A stretch of 64,000 bases of DNA from Eledone cirrhosa (taxonomy: Eukaryota), in the NCBI GenBank assembly GCA_964016885.1, contig OZ024756.1, positions 27,962,001 to 28,026,000 on the forward strand, written 5' to 3'. Numbering within the stretch: the first letter of the stretch is position 1; each line of letters opens with the position of its first letter. Positions 26,605 to 47,897 of the stretch are shown in pieces. The translations under genes were made by a program, and so were the position numbers. The notes beneath the pieces were generated by a model. The model made no database searches. It saw only the letters and a list, made by a program, of their open reading frames with translations, and was not told the origin of the DNA.

Positions 26605-27474
26605 TATATAAGATTGCGAAAATTAAACGAAAATCAAAGAGAATTCTACACAAAAAGAATCGGTATATTATATCGAAAATATACAGTAATTAAACGCTTG
26701 TTATTTTTAAAAAATGACGTTTTTTCTTTCAGAAATTCATCCTTCCTCAGAAAAATGAGAATTACTGTATCTATTTATGAAGCAATTCCACTTAACACAT
26801 AAATTTCATATGATATTCGATTGGAACCCAGTTTAAATAACATATTTTATAACTCATAATCTTCAATATAACATTACTACATCAAACTTTGACAATTTAT
26901 ATAACTATAGAAATATAAACAATCACGAATTTAGTTCTAGCTGTAATTGCAATAATAGGACAACTTCCTTTTGTCGTAGAAATTTCTCTGGAATGATATG
27001 GTTTATACATGTAAGGTGGCTACATCTTCATATAGTAAAGCTTACATAGGGTTAAAATTCATGAGATTCAAACAGAAAATATACATGCAATCTCATTCAT
27101 ATCGAGATCCTTTAAGAAGAAATATAACTTTACTTTCGACCTATATCTAGAGTTTGAAAGACAGAAACATCCGATATATGTTACATTTAGTGGCACTATC
27201 TAACGCTTCATCTTACAGCCTCTATAAAAACCTTGTGATCTTTGTGCTGTTGAAGGCTTAGATATATTCTACGCCAATGTATGTATTTGAAACAAAAAAT
27301 CTGAAATAGTTTTCACTATTAAACATAAACTATATAAACCTTTACTGTGTATTTCAGGCCAACATTTTATCCAAATAGATAAGACTAGTCTACAGCTCAA
27401 CAGAATACACATGATATACGTCATGATGCTATAGTTAACAATTATGTTATATTGGTTTTTATTATATTTTTAGT

Positions 27475-27640
27475 CGATAGAAGGCCGGACGCCATGCTTT
27501 GACGCATAGAGTTACGGCCCTTGTCATTCTGTGTTCAAATCCCGCCGAGGTTAACTTTCATCCTTACGGGGTCGATAAAATAAAGTGCCAGTAATGCACT
27601 GTGTAATTGCTGGCCTTGTGCCAAAAGTAGAAACAATTAT
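27475..27640 (+). mobile_element. SINE (copies at ~37153-37318 and ~48768-48933)
   Basis: B box GTTCAAATCC, Nin-like core and GTAGAAACAATTAT tail. Confidence 0.85.
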
Positions 27641-28989
27641 GTTTTTATACTACATATTATTACACTAAATCACCCTTATAGGCGAATGTCTACGTAGAGA
27701 TATGTATGACAACGAATAGCTTAGCATTACTTCTTCTTCTTCTTGCCTTCGCCTTCTTCTTCTTGTTATCCTTATTATTATTCTCCTTCATCTTCTTCTC
27801 CACGTTCTCCTTCTTCTCCCACTTATTCCGTAGAAGGTGGTGGTGACATGGACCTCAAACACTCCTTCCAGTCGGTCTTGGCAGAGACCACCATTTCCAA
27901 CTGATACGACGTGAACGGACAAGCTCATGGCTGTTCTCCAACTACCTTGCTCGGGGTCTCCTGCCAGTTGGTTTTACCCGTTAAATCAGTCCAGCAATAT
28001 TTTTCTAACATATTCTAACCATATGCCCATAGTATAGGAGCTGTGATCCCCCAATTCGGAAAAGTAGTGCCTCTATCTGGAGTGACTCTCTGATCTTCGA
28101 TCTACGCACTGTATTAAGTAAAGTCCCAAATGATTGTTATTTTTTCAGTCTTAGTTATATTTTCTGTTCCTACCAGTTTTCTGCATGTTCTGCCTTGTAT
28201 TTTATTCATATCATCCAGTGGATATATAGCCGCAGCATATCATGTCTACTCTTATATTCAGTGGGTTCTAGTGTGGGACATCCTCATATTATATGGTCAA
28301 TTGTTTCAAGTTGTACTTACATATCCTGGAAATCCACTCCATTTCTTAGAATACTTGCTTGATAATTCCTAGTAAAGAGACTTCGTTCTTGGACAGCTAA
28401 ACTGAAGCCTTCAGGTTCAGATGTTAATCCTAAAGGTCGTAACCACTGCTGTGTTTCTACTTAATCTATATCAGTATCTTGGGTGTGAGGTTGGAACTGG
28501 CCGAGCAGAGGATTTTGTTACCATCTATATCTAAATGTTCTTAGAACTTCTAGCTTACACTTGCTTCTATGGATTTATTTGCCTTAGTTGGAATTAGGTC
28601 AGCTTCATTATTTAGGTGTATGTCTTCAGTTTTTAGTTATTTCCTCTAAAATCCTGCCTCTGCGTGTACTCAATGGGGTCTCTTTAGGATTTTGTGCTCT
28701 CTTACTAACACCATTATCCACTCCTTGCTGTTCCCTTGGTAGGTTTGTAATTGTATTGCAGCTACTTTGTATGACAGTTCCAGTTGGATTAGTCGCTTCG
28801 CCCTTCTTGTCTTGGCACACATAGGCGATCTACGTCTATCTTGGGGTGATGTATTTTGTTGGCTGTAACGTATTTACGAGTATTTCGAGTATTGGCTGTG
28901 TAGTTGCTATTTAAGGTAACTTAAAATGTAGTGGGAGTACGAAGAAAGCAAGAACATAGGGGGGGGCATCAATTGTCTACTGGGGTCTA

Positions 28990-29023
<34 letters not shown>

Positions 29024-29412
29024 AGATTTGAATGGATACAGTTTAGTTGAAAGGAATTTATTGACACGTGTTTCTATAACAGTTACATAACCTAAAACAG
29101 CTATCTACAAACTTTTAGTTATGCAGACATTCAATATTTCAATGTTATTATTTACTGTCATTTCATCAGAATAATATTACTGAGGACCTATTTAGTTTTT
29201 ATAGAGAATATTAGGAGGGAGGGGTGAAGTTGTTAGAAGAATAGTTGAAGGAGTGGTTTTTCGATAGCAGTGAGAATTCTTGGTGGCAGTGAGTAATTAG
29301 ATTCCCATCTGTTGTTTTGACATTTTTTATAGAATATATTATTGGTTATTTTTCTTATTTTTCTTATTGGTTATTTAGAAAAATAACCAATAATATATTC
29401 TATAAAAAATGT

Positions 29413-29483
<71 letters not shown>

Positions 29484-29504
29484 CTATGTATATACATATA
29501 TATA

Positions 29505-29718
29505 TATATTTGAAAAAAAAGGAAAACAATGACTTCACTTGTAGTGTTTAAAAGATTTTTGATTTAATGTATTATAATATTATGAGTTGGTAGATCCAGT
29601 TGGTAGATCCAGTCCAGACTGGATCTACCAAATCATAATATTATAATATTATAACATTAAATCAAAACATTTTTAACACTACAAGTGAAGTCATTCTTTT
29701 CTTTTTTTTTCAAATATA
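29505..29718. repeat. ~100-bp-arm foldback (copies at ~39593-39807 and ~51222-51434)
   Basis: TATATTTGAAAA...TTGGTAGATCCAGTC inverted against GACTGGATCTACCAA...TTTTCAAATATA. Confidence 0.85.
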
Positions 29719-29747
29719 CCTAACTGTACCAAGGATCTCACACATTT

Positions 29748-29809
<62 letters not shown>

Positions 29810-30050
29810 GTGGGAAAGTAAGAAATCGGAGATTAGACCTTTAAATCATGTTTATTTAAAATACCACCTACGTACGTTTCGCCCAACTGCTTACGCTCTT
29901 CTAACTCTTTAGCCCACTAAATATTAACACTTCGAATATTTAATACTGCCGGCACTAGTATCGAGCACCTTTGGCATACGCTACTTGGCAAATAACTATA
30001 TGTATCACCTATCCTCCCATTTTTTCTCTCACTCTCGATACGTAAATACA

Positions 30051-30108
<58 letters not shown>

Positions 30109-30280
30109 GTACATACATATATGTATACAGACGTACAGTAGTATGTATATATATACATACATGCACAAATATATATATATGTACGTATGGCTTCACCGAA
30201 CATTTATTATAATGCTCGGTGTGTTTGTAAACAATCATCCCGAATTAAAGTGAGAAATTTCATTTCATTTCATTTTTTAC

Positions 30281-30325
<45 letters not shown>

Positions 30326-30789
30326 ATTATTTACTATAGAATATAATTATATATATATAGATTCTGGAATATATAAATAGTTCACCGACTGAATATATAC
30401 ACTGTTTCCCCATTAATAACAACTAGATTGAAGGAACGTGTATGCACATGACGAAATGATATATCTCCTACAATCTGGTAGATTTTTATCTTATAATTTT
30501 CTGAGCATGACGTTAAAATATATTTTGGAATACTTGTCTTAACCTATTACATAATACATCCAATCAAAAATCTTAACCATACTCAGAACACGCCCATATC
30601 TGTAGATAAATCAATCTTATTGGTTTATCAATTTACCAGTAGATCATTGGATAATATTGGGTCGTATTCAACTGTATATATTAAAATGTTTTCGCACACT
30701 AAGTCATTTCTAAGTCTCCAGTTTACGTTACATAGTCCTATCGTTACTTTGTTACCAAACCTCACATATTATCGACAACCACTACAACA

Positions 30790-34007
<3,218 letters not shown>

Positions 34008-34578
34008 ATACAGAATTGAAAAATGTACTGTTTTCTATTTAGTATTCAACTAAGAAATTATCCACGCATATATAACATTATTACTGTAATAAAAATATGA
34101 ATTATATTGTACTCATTTACAAGGTATGATATATTTTTTCTCAGTATAATATTAAATAATGAAAACAAATATATACTAGATTGTATTTCAATGATTGTGT
34201 ATAAAAATAAATGAATTGATTCTGTGTTTCTCTTATTAAATATTGTACTCTGTAAATTTGATTTGGTTCATTGAGGTTTATTGTTGTGAGATATGTAACA
34301 GAAACATATTTTACTCAACAATGCATTGCATGAGGGACATTTCTCCATGTGGTACTGAGTTATATATATGAATATATATATATATATATATATATATGAA
34401 TAACATGAAAAAGATGGTGATATTACATAAATCGTAATATCATTATATATTTTTATGTTATTCTTATACTGAATCTCCATCGTAACTACACACTACTTAT
34501 GTACAGCTCTCTCCTGCTTGCTCCTGTTTTTCAACAAAACGTGGTTTTACTGAACACACGACACGTATATATATATAA

Positions 34579-34734
<156 letters not shown>

Positions 34735-34956
34735 TTATATATATATATATATTTATTAAAATAACAGATTAAAGTTTATGCAAAGAATCGCTGCTTTCCC
34801 CCTTAACGGGATCTTCTGAAACTAACCATCAGCGACTCTTTGCTTAAAGTTTAATCTGTATTTTAATAAATATTTGCTCTACGGTTCTTATATATGTTAT
34901 ATATATTTATCCTTATCGAGCCCTCTTTGGATTTTAGTCTTCAAATTTATTATTAT

Positions 34957-35008
<52 letters not shown>

Positions 35009-35094
35009 GTAAAACACTGGAAGGTAATATACGTTGTGTTAGAGGCATGGGATGCGTCTGGTAGAAGTAGTAACACAACAGTTAGTTCACCATA

Positions 35095-35135
35095 CTGAGA
35101 ACAATTGTTTCACCTTATGTGGTTCTTCAGCTCGG
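35095..35135 (-). ncRNA. Type I hammerhead ribozyme (family E); copies at 25069-25108 and 46698-46738
   Basis: Reverse complement: CCGAG-CUGAAGA-ACC-ACAUAA-GGU-GAAA-CAAUUG-UU|CUCAG, with a palindromic CAAUUG stem III. A degenerate inverted copy follows immediately. Confidence 0.75.
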
Positions 35136-35204
35136 AGTGGAGACCAGTCCGAGCTGGAAATCCGCATAAGGTGAAACAACTGTATATATATCAATATATA
35201 TATT

Positions 35205-35257
<53 letters not shown>

Positions 35258-35382
35258 CGTTTCTTAATAAGAAACACACGCACCAGTTGCTTTCACTTCA
35301 ATTTATTATAATAAATTTATAAATTTAGGAATTTATAAATTTCCGGTTGGTTGGTTCCACAACCAGATGGTTGTTTATATAT

Positions 35383-35426
35383 TGTCAAGTTCTTTCGTCA
35401 CACATTCTGTGACCTCTTCAGTGACA
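35383..35426 (-). ncRNA. Hammerhead fold (family G) lacking one nt at the cleavage triplet; copies at 25353-25396 and 47008-47051
   Basis: Reverse complement: UGUCA-CUGAAGA-G.GUCACA-GAAUG-UGUGAC-GAAA-GAACU-UGACA. Confidence 0.65.
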
Positions 35427-35560
35427 GGGAATTCTTTTCTTTGTTTTTGTGCCTCTCCTTTGTTCTGTCCTACGCCATCTTGGAATGAATGTATATACAC
35501 ATATTTTTGTATATATGTGAGTATATATATAAATATAGGTGTATATGTATATATATATTT

Positions 35561-35607
<47 letters not shown>

Positions 35608-35616
35608 TATGTATAT

Positions 35617-35717
<101 letters not shown>

Positions 35718-35843
35718 CATGTAAATGTACGTGTATATAAATATATATGTATATGTTTGTGTCTATATGTATACATAATATATATATATTTATATATATA
35801 TACATATATATATATATACATATATTTACATATATATACATAA

Positions 35844-35888
<45 letters not shown>

Positions 35889-35890
35889 GA

Positions 35891-35945
<55 letters not shown>

Positions 35946-36126
35946 AAACAACAATTTGTTATGTCTTATTGTTTGGTGACGCGCGTTTCGCTATTGATCA
36001 GCTCAAGGTCCAGCCTGCATCCATCTGGCCCGTCTCCGGAATCAAAAGCTCGTCGTCGGACTTCTGCTCTGGTAATGAGAAAATGAACACGTAGGGTGAA
36101 CCTACAGTAACTGCACATTACAATCC

Positions 36127-36282
<156 letters not shown>

Positions 36283-37409
36283 TATATAAGATTGCGAAAA
36301 TTAAACGAAAATCAAAGAGAATTCTACACAAAAAGAATCGGTATATTATATCGAAAATATACAGTAATTAAACGCTTGTTATTTTTAAAAAATGACGTTT
36401 TTTCTTTCAGAAATTCATCCTTCCTCAGAAAAATGAGAATTACTGTATCTATTTATGAAGCAATTCCACTTAACACATAAATTTCATATGATATTCGATT
36501 GGAACCCAGTTTAAATAACATATTTTATAACTCATAATCTTCAATATAACATTACTACATCAAACTTTGACAATTTATATAACTATAGAAATATAAACAA
36601 TCACGAATTTAGTTCTAGCTGTAATTGCAATAATAGGACAACTTCCTTTTGTCGTAGAAATTTCTCTGGAATGATATGGTTTATACATGTAAGGTGGCTA
36701 CATCTTCATATAGTAAAGCTTACATAGGGTTAAAATTCATGAGATTCAAACAGAAAATATACATGCAATCTCATTCATATCGAGATCCTTTAAGAAGAAA
36801 TATAACTTTACTTTCGACCTATATCTAGAGTTTGAAAGACAGAAACATCCGATATATGTTACATTTAGTGGCACTATCTAACGCTTCATCTTACAGCCTC
36901 TATAAAAACCTTGTGATCTTTGTGCTGTTGAAGGCTTAGATATATTCTACGCCAATGTATGTATTTGAAACAAAAAATCTGAAATAGTTTTCACTATTAA
37001 ACATAAACTATATAAACCTTTACTGTGTATTTCAGGCCAACATTTTATCCAAATAGATAAGACTAGTCTACAGCTCAACAGAATACACATGATATACGTC
37101 ATGATGCTATAGTTAACAATTATGTTATATAGGTTTTTATTATATTTTTAGTCGATAGAAGGCCGGACGCCATGCTTTGATGCATAGAGTTACGGCCCTT
37201 GTCATTCTGTGTTCAAATCCCGCCGAGGTTAACTTTCATCCTTACGGGGTCGATAAAATAAAGTGCCAGTAATGCACTGTGTAATTGCTGGCCTTGTGCC
37301 AAAAGTAGAAACAATTATGTTTTTATACTACATATTATTACACTAAATCACCCTTATAGGCGAATGTCTACGTAGAGATATGTATGACAACGAATAGCTT
37401 AGCATTACA

Positions 37410-38900
37410 CCTTCTTCTTCTTCTCCTTCTCCTTCTCCTTCTTCTTATCCTTATTATTATTCTCCTTCATCTTCTTCTCCACGTTCTCCTTCTTCTCCCA
37501 CTTATTCCGTAGAAGGTGGTGGTGACATGGATCTCAAACACTCCTTCCAGTCGGTCTTGGCAGAGACCACCATTTCCAACTGATACGACGTGACCGGACA
37601 AGCTCATGGCTGTTCTCCAACTACCTTGCTCGGGGTCTCCTGCCAGTTGGTTTTACCCGTTAAATCAGTCCAGCAATATTTTTCTAACATATTCTAACCA
37701 TATGCCCATAGTATAGGAGCTGTGATCCCCCAATTCGGAAAAGTAGTGCCTCTATCTGGAGTGACTCTCTGATCTTCGATCTACGCACTGTATTAAGTAA
37801 AGTCCCAAATGATTGTTATTTTTTCAGTCTTAGTTATATTTTCTGTTCCTACCAGTTTTCTGCATGTTCTGCCTTGTATTTTATTCATATCATCCAGTGG
37901 ATATATAGCCGCAGCATATCATGTCTACTCTTATATTCAGTGGGTTCTAGTGTGGGACATCCTCATATTATATGGTCAATTGTTTCAAGTTGTACTTACA
38001 TATCCTGGAAATCCACTCCATTTCTTAGAATACTTGCTTGATAATTCCTAGTAAAGAGACTTCGTTCTTGGACAGCTAAACTGAAGCCTTCAGGTTCAGA
38101 TGTTAATCCTAAAGGTCGTAACCACTGCTGTGTTTCTACTTAATCTATATCAGTATCTTGGGTGTGAGGTTGGAACAGGCCGAGCAGAGGATTTTGTTAC
38201 CATCTATATCTAAATGTTCTTAGAACTTCTAGCTTACACTTGCTTCTATGGATTTATTTGCCTTAGTTGGAATTAGGTCAGCTTCATTATTTAGGTGTAT
38301 GTCTTCAGTTTTTAGTTATTTCCTCTAAAATCCTGCCTCTGCGTGTACTCAATGGGGTCGCTTTAAGATTTTGTGCTCTCTTACTAACACTATTATCCAC
38401 TCCTTGCTGTTCCCTTGGTAGGTTTGTAATTGTATTGCAGCTACTTTGTATGACAGTTCCAGTTGGATTAGTCTCTTCGCCCTTCTTGTCTTGGCACACA
38501 TAGGCGATCTACGTCTATCTTGGGGTGATGTATTTTGTTGGCTGTAATGTATTTACGAGTATTGGAGTCTATTCTTTAAAGATCAGATAAGTTTCATTTG
38601 ATGATGTTATAACTATATCGTACCAATGGTTTCAAGATCTGATTTATACTTCTGTAATATTCTTTCCGTATTTTCTCCTTCAGTGTGTTTACTTCCATCA
38701 TCTTCGTTTATGCCAAGATATATTGAGGTACATTGGTTGTATCTATATCGAGTTTAAAAGATGATACTTTTGTTAAATTCCTCTTTTATAACGATCCTTT
38801 AGTGCCTTTATCAAGACCAAATTACATGCCAATGTTATCGATACATTGCTTCACAGTTTTAGGTCATCCATAAAACACAAATGGTTAAAGATCTTCCTCT
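37410..38900 (-). mobile_element. Patchwork of decayed LINE fragments (RTE-like 3' end with (GAA/GGA)n tail; R4/Dong-like RT piece); copies at ~27730-28890 and ~49025-50510
   Basis: Minus-strand NHLCFMDDLK and IGM*FGLDK at ~38810-38890 resemble RT domain 5-6 of restriction-endonuclease-type LINEs. There is a simple-repeat tail at the left end. Confidence 0.5.
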
Positions 38901-39109
38901 TACAAGGTATCTCAGGTTTTAGGTTCAAGATTGTTACAACTGTATAGTAAGGGAGCCGTTCCAATACTGACCTCTCCTCAGACACCAGTTACGACGAATT
39001 TTTCCAATGTGTGAAATGTAATAAAATTTCTTTATTTTAAAACAGATCTTTTGAAATAGATTAAGTAATGTTTTTTTCTTAACAATCTATGGATACCCTG
39101 CTATCGGAC

Positions 39110-39173
<64 letters not shown>

Positions 39174-39188
39174 ATATATATATAAATG

Positions 39189-39227
<39 letters not shown>

Positions 39228-39524
39228 ATATGGAGAATAGAAATGGCTGTGTAGTTGCTATTTAAGGTAACTTAAAATGTAGTGGGAATACGAAGAAAGC
39301 AAGAACATGGGGGGGGGGGGGCATCAATTGTCTACTGGGGTCTAGGATATATATATATATGTATAAATATATATACTAGAGTGTGTTGGAGTTAAACACC
39401 CTCTTCATATTATATATAATGTTTAATAAAGAAATGTATAGAAACCATTTCTATATTAAACATTACATAATATATTATGCAGTGAGAACCTTACTTACTG
39501 TGGCTACCCTCGGTTGATCCCGGG

Positions 39525-39562
<38 letters not shown>

Positions 39563-39835
39563 AGACACACACAACTATGTATATACATATATATATATTT
39601 GAAAAAAAGGAAAAGAATGACTTCATTTGTAGTGTTTAAAAGATTTTTGATTTAATGTATTATAATATTATGAGTTGGTAGATCCAGTTGGTAGATCCAG
39701 TCCAGACTGGATCTACCAAATCATAATATTATAATATTATAACATTAAATCAAAACATTTTTAACACTACAAGTGAAGTCATTCTTTTCTTTTTTTTTCA
39801 AATATACCTAACTGTACCAAGGATCTCACACATTT

Positions 39836-39888
<53 letters not shown>

Positions 39889-40341
39889 TGGGAAAGTAAG
39901 AAATCGGAGATTAGACCGTTAAAACATGTTTATTTAAAATACCACCTACGTACGTTTCGCCCAACTGCTTACGCTCTGCTAACTCTTTAGCCCACTAAAT
40001 ATTAACACTTCGAATATTTAATACTGCCGGCACTAGTATCGAGCACCTTTGGCATACGTTACTTGGCAAATAACTATATGTATCACCTATCCTCCCATTT
40101 TTTCTCTCTCTCTCTATACGTAAATACAGTATATATATATATATATGTACACGTACATACATATATGTATACAGACGTACAGTAGTATGTATATATATAT
40201 ATACATACATGCACAAATATATATATATGTACGTATGGCTTCACCGAACATTATTATAATGCTCGGTGTGTTTGTAACAATCATCCGAATTAAAGTGAGA
40301 AATTTCATTTCATTTCATTTTTTACGTATATATATATATAT

Positions 40342-40378
<37 letters not shown>

Positions 40379-40841
40379 TATTATTTACTATAGAATATAA
40401 TTATATATATAGATTCTGGAATATATAAATAGTTCACCGACTGAATATATACACTGTTTCCCCATTAATAACAACTAGATTGAAGGAACGTGTATGCACA
40501 TGACGAAATAATATATCTCCTACAATCTGGTAGATTTTTATCTTATAATTTTCTGAGCATGACGTTAAAATATATTTTGGAATACTTGTCTTAACCTATT
40601 ACATAATACATCCAATCAAAAATCTTAACCATACTCAGAACACGCCCATATCTGTAGATAAATCAATCTTATTGGTTTATCAATTTACCAGTAGATCATT
40701 GGATAATATTGGGTCGTATTCAACTGTATATATTAAAATGTTTTCGCACACTAAGTCATTTCTAAGTCTCCAGTTTACGTTACATAGTCCTATCGTTACT
40801 TTGTTACCAAACCTCACATATTATCGACAACCACTACAACA

Positions 40842-44227
<3,386 letters not shown>

Positions 44228-44675
44228 ATACAGAATTGAAAAATGTACTGTTTTCTATTTAGTATTCAACTAAGAAATTATCCACGCATATATAACATTG
44301 TTACTGTAATAAAAATATGAATTATATTGTACTCATTTACGAGGTATGATATTTTTTTTTTCAGTATAATATTAAATAAAGAAAACAAATATAAACTAGA
44401 TTGTATTTCAATGATTGTGTATAAAAATAAATGAATTGATTCTGTGTTTCTCTTATTAAATATTGTACTCTGTAAATTTGATTTGGTTCATTGAGGTTCA
44501 TTGTTGTGAGATATGTAACAGAAACATATTTTACTCAACAATGCATTGCATGAGGAACATTTCTCCATGTGGTACTGAGTTACTATACACTACTTATGTA
44601 CAGCTCTCTCCTGCTTGCTCCTGTTTTTCAACAAAACGTGGTTTTACTGAACACACATATATATGTATATATGTA

Positions 44676-44733
<58 letters not shown>

Positions 44734-45615
44734 TATATATATATATATATATATAATCATCAAATAAAAATATTTATAGTCATCAAAACAACTACGAAAG
44801 GCCGGAGTAGAGAATTTCCTGACAATTTTAATCCCGCCATACTACTATCGATATATAGCAATAGCAATTGCCCAGCCTTATCAGCCGATCATCATATAAA
44901 ACGATTTCATCGGGTGTTATTTCCGGAATTAGGCAACAGGATGACTTGGAATAAAAACAGAGAATAGAATTTAGAATATAGAAAATAGAGGGGCGATTCG
45001 ATTCGGGGACAGCCTGCCAATTCGGTGTTGTAGACATGGCAGATGGTTCTCGAATGTTGCACTATCAATTAATGCCAGCATTGTGGTCTAGTATGTGTGA
45101 TGGAGAAGGTGGAGGTTACTAAGTACTAACAGGAATAATGCCGTCTTTAGAAAACACCAGTCATTAATTAAAATAAAGGATTCTCTACCACATATGTTGT
45201 AGTCTATTAAACTGTGCTATTGGACATTGGTCCAAAACCAGCCTAGCGTGACGGTAGATAGTTAAAAGGTAAAAATATCATAAACAGGAACAGACCTATG
45301 TAAATTATATAATATAAGATAAAAGGAATAAATAACAAGAATAAAATAATAAGAGGTATAAATAAATATACAAACATATAAAAAATATAAAGTTCATAAG
45401 GTTGCGAGAATAATGAGAATTATATGATTAAAAAACCTTTAAAGTTAATAAAGCTTACAAAAATTTAAAAACATTATCTCCTGAATTAGCCATAAATAAA
45501 TTAATAAAGTAAATTAGGAAGAATATAACAAAGGCGGTAATATTTAATTCTGATGGCCAAGATTCACTAAAGTTCATTATTAGATAATAAAGGGGTTGGC
45601 AATGCTATTTCATGA

Positions 45616-45671
<56 letters not shown>

Positions 45672-46289
45672 GTGTTTGCATTGGGAATGAAATTGTTGTA
45701 ATGCTTTTATCGTCCGACGTAGCAGTCTATCTTATCCCTGCAAAGAGGAAAGACAATAAGTTATTGGTGACCGAGTATGTTCAGAAAATAGAAAGAGGGT
45801 TAAGTTGAAAAGTTAATCAATAGCAAGTACTCAAGGTATAGAACCAAAATTTGTTTGAACGGTGTGTTAATCAGAAGACAACCCTGGATCGGTCTATGGA
45901 TTAACGCACTTCCCTAATGGTCACGATACCAATGATATGAATATATATTTTTTCATTTTTCTTTTTTTTCTCTTCACTTCTTAAACCTTGTTTGTAAATA
46001 ACATTCTTTCTGCACCTTCTGTTTAACATGTGCGACACCACACTAATACATTTCACTATCATTTGATAATGCATATAAATGCTGAAACCGGTAATAGGCA
46101 ATAATTAAATATATAAATAGATAAATAAATGCCATTGTTAAATAATAAATAAATCAACTAATACCTTAACACTTCACACAAATTCAAACATTTCGTTTTA
46201 ATCATTTTCTAACCCAGAAAAAAGAGAGAGAGAAACAATAAAAGAAAAAAATATCTTTTTCTTCCTCATAATCGTCTCTTTCTCCCTGT

Positions 46290-46333
<44 letters not shown>

Positions 46334-46555
46334 TTATATATATATATATATTTATTAAAATAACAGATTAAAGTTTAAGCAAAGAATCGCTGCTCTCCCC
46401 CTTAACGGGATCTTCTGAAACTAACCATCAGCGACTCTTTGCTTAAAGTTTAATCTGTATTTTAATAAATATTTGCTCTACGGTTCTTATATATGTTATA
46501 TATATTTATCCTTATCGAGCCCTCTTTGGATTTTAGTCTTCAAATTTATTATTAT

Positions 46556-46611
<56 letters not shown>

Positions 46612-46807
46612 GTAAAACACTGGAAGGTAATATACGTTGTGTTAGAGGCATGGGATGCGTCTGGTAGAAGTAGTAACACAACAGTTAGTTCACCATACTG
46701 AGAACAATTGTTTCACCTTATGTGGTTCTTCAGCTCGGAGTGGAGACCAGTCCGAGCTGGAAATCCGCATAAGGTGAAACAACTGTATATATATCAATAT
46801 ATATATT

Positions 46808-46884
<77 letters not shown>

Positions 46885-47185
46885 TTTCTTAATAAGAAAC
46901 ACACGCACCAGTTGCTTTCACTTCAATTTATTATAATAAATTTATAAATTTAGGAATTTATAAATTTCCGGTTGGTTGGTTCCACAACCAGATGGTTGTT
47001 TATATATTGTCAAGTTCTTTCGTCACACATTCTGTGACCTCTTCAGTGACAGGGAATTCTTTTCTTTGTTTTTGTGCCTCTCCTTTGTTCTGTCCTACGC
47101 CATCTTGGAATGAATGTATATACACATATTTTTGTATATATGTGAGTATATATATAAATATAGGTGTATATGTATATATATATTT

Positions 47186-47228
<43 letters not shown>

Positions 47229-47237
47229 TATGTATAT

Positions 47238-47342
<105 letters not shown>

Positions 47343-47470
47343 CATGTAAATGTACGTGTATATAAATATATATGTATATGTTTGTGTCTATATGTATACA
47401 TAATATATATATATTTATATATATATACATATATATATATATACATATATTTACATATATATACATAAAT

Positions 47471-47521
<51 letters not shown>

Positions 47522-47523
47522 GA

Positions 47524-47594
<71 letters not shown>

Positions 47595-47775
47595 AAACAA
47601 CAATTTGTTATGTCTTATTGTTTGGTGACGCGCGTTTCGCTATTGATCAGCTCAAGGTCCAGCCTGCATCCATCTGGCCCGTCTCCGGAATCAAAAGCTC
47701 GTCGTCGGACTTCTGCTCTGGTAATGAGAAAATGAACACGTAGGGTGAACCTACAGTAACTGCACATTACAATCC

Positions 47776-47897
<122 letters not shown>

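Noticed and set aside
27220-27440. TATA box and small GT-AG intron as the gene promoter or 5' UTR
   Set aside because: The motifs are common in AT-rich DNA, there is no ORF, and nothing links them to exon 1 without transcript data.
29865-29910. Minus-strand GAAACGTACGTA hammerhead-like motif
   Set aside because: The core is degenerate (UAGAAGA or UAGCAGA) and stems I and II do not close convincingly.
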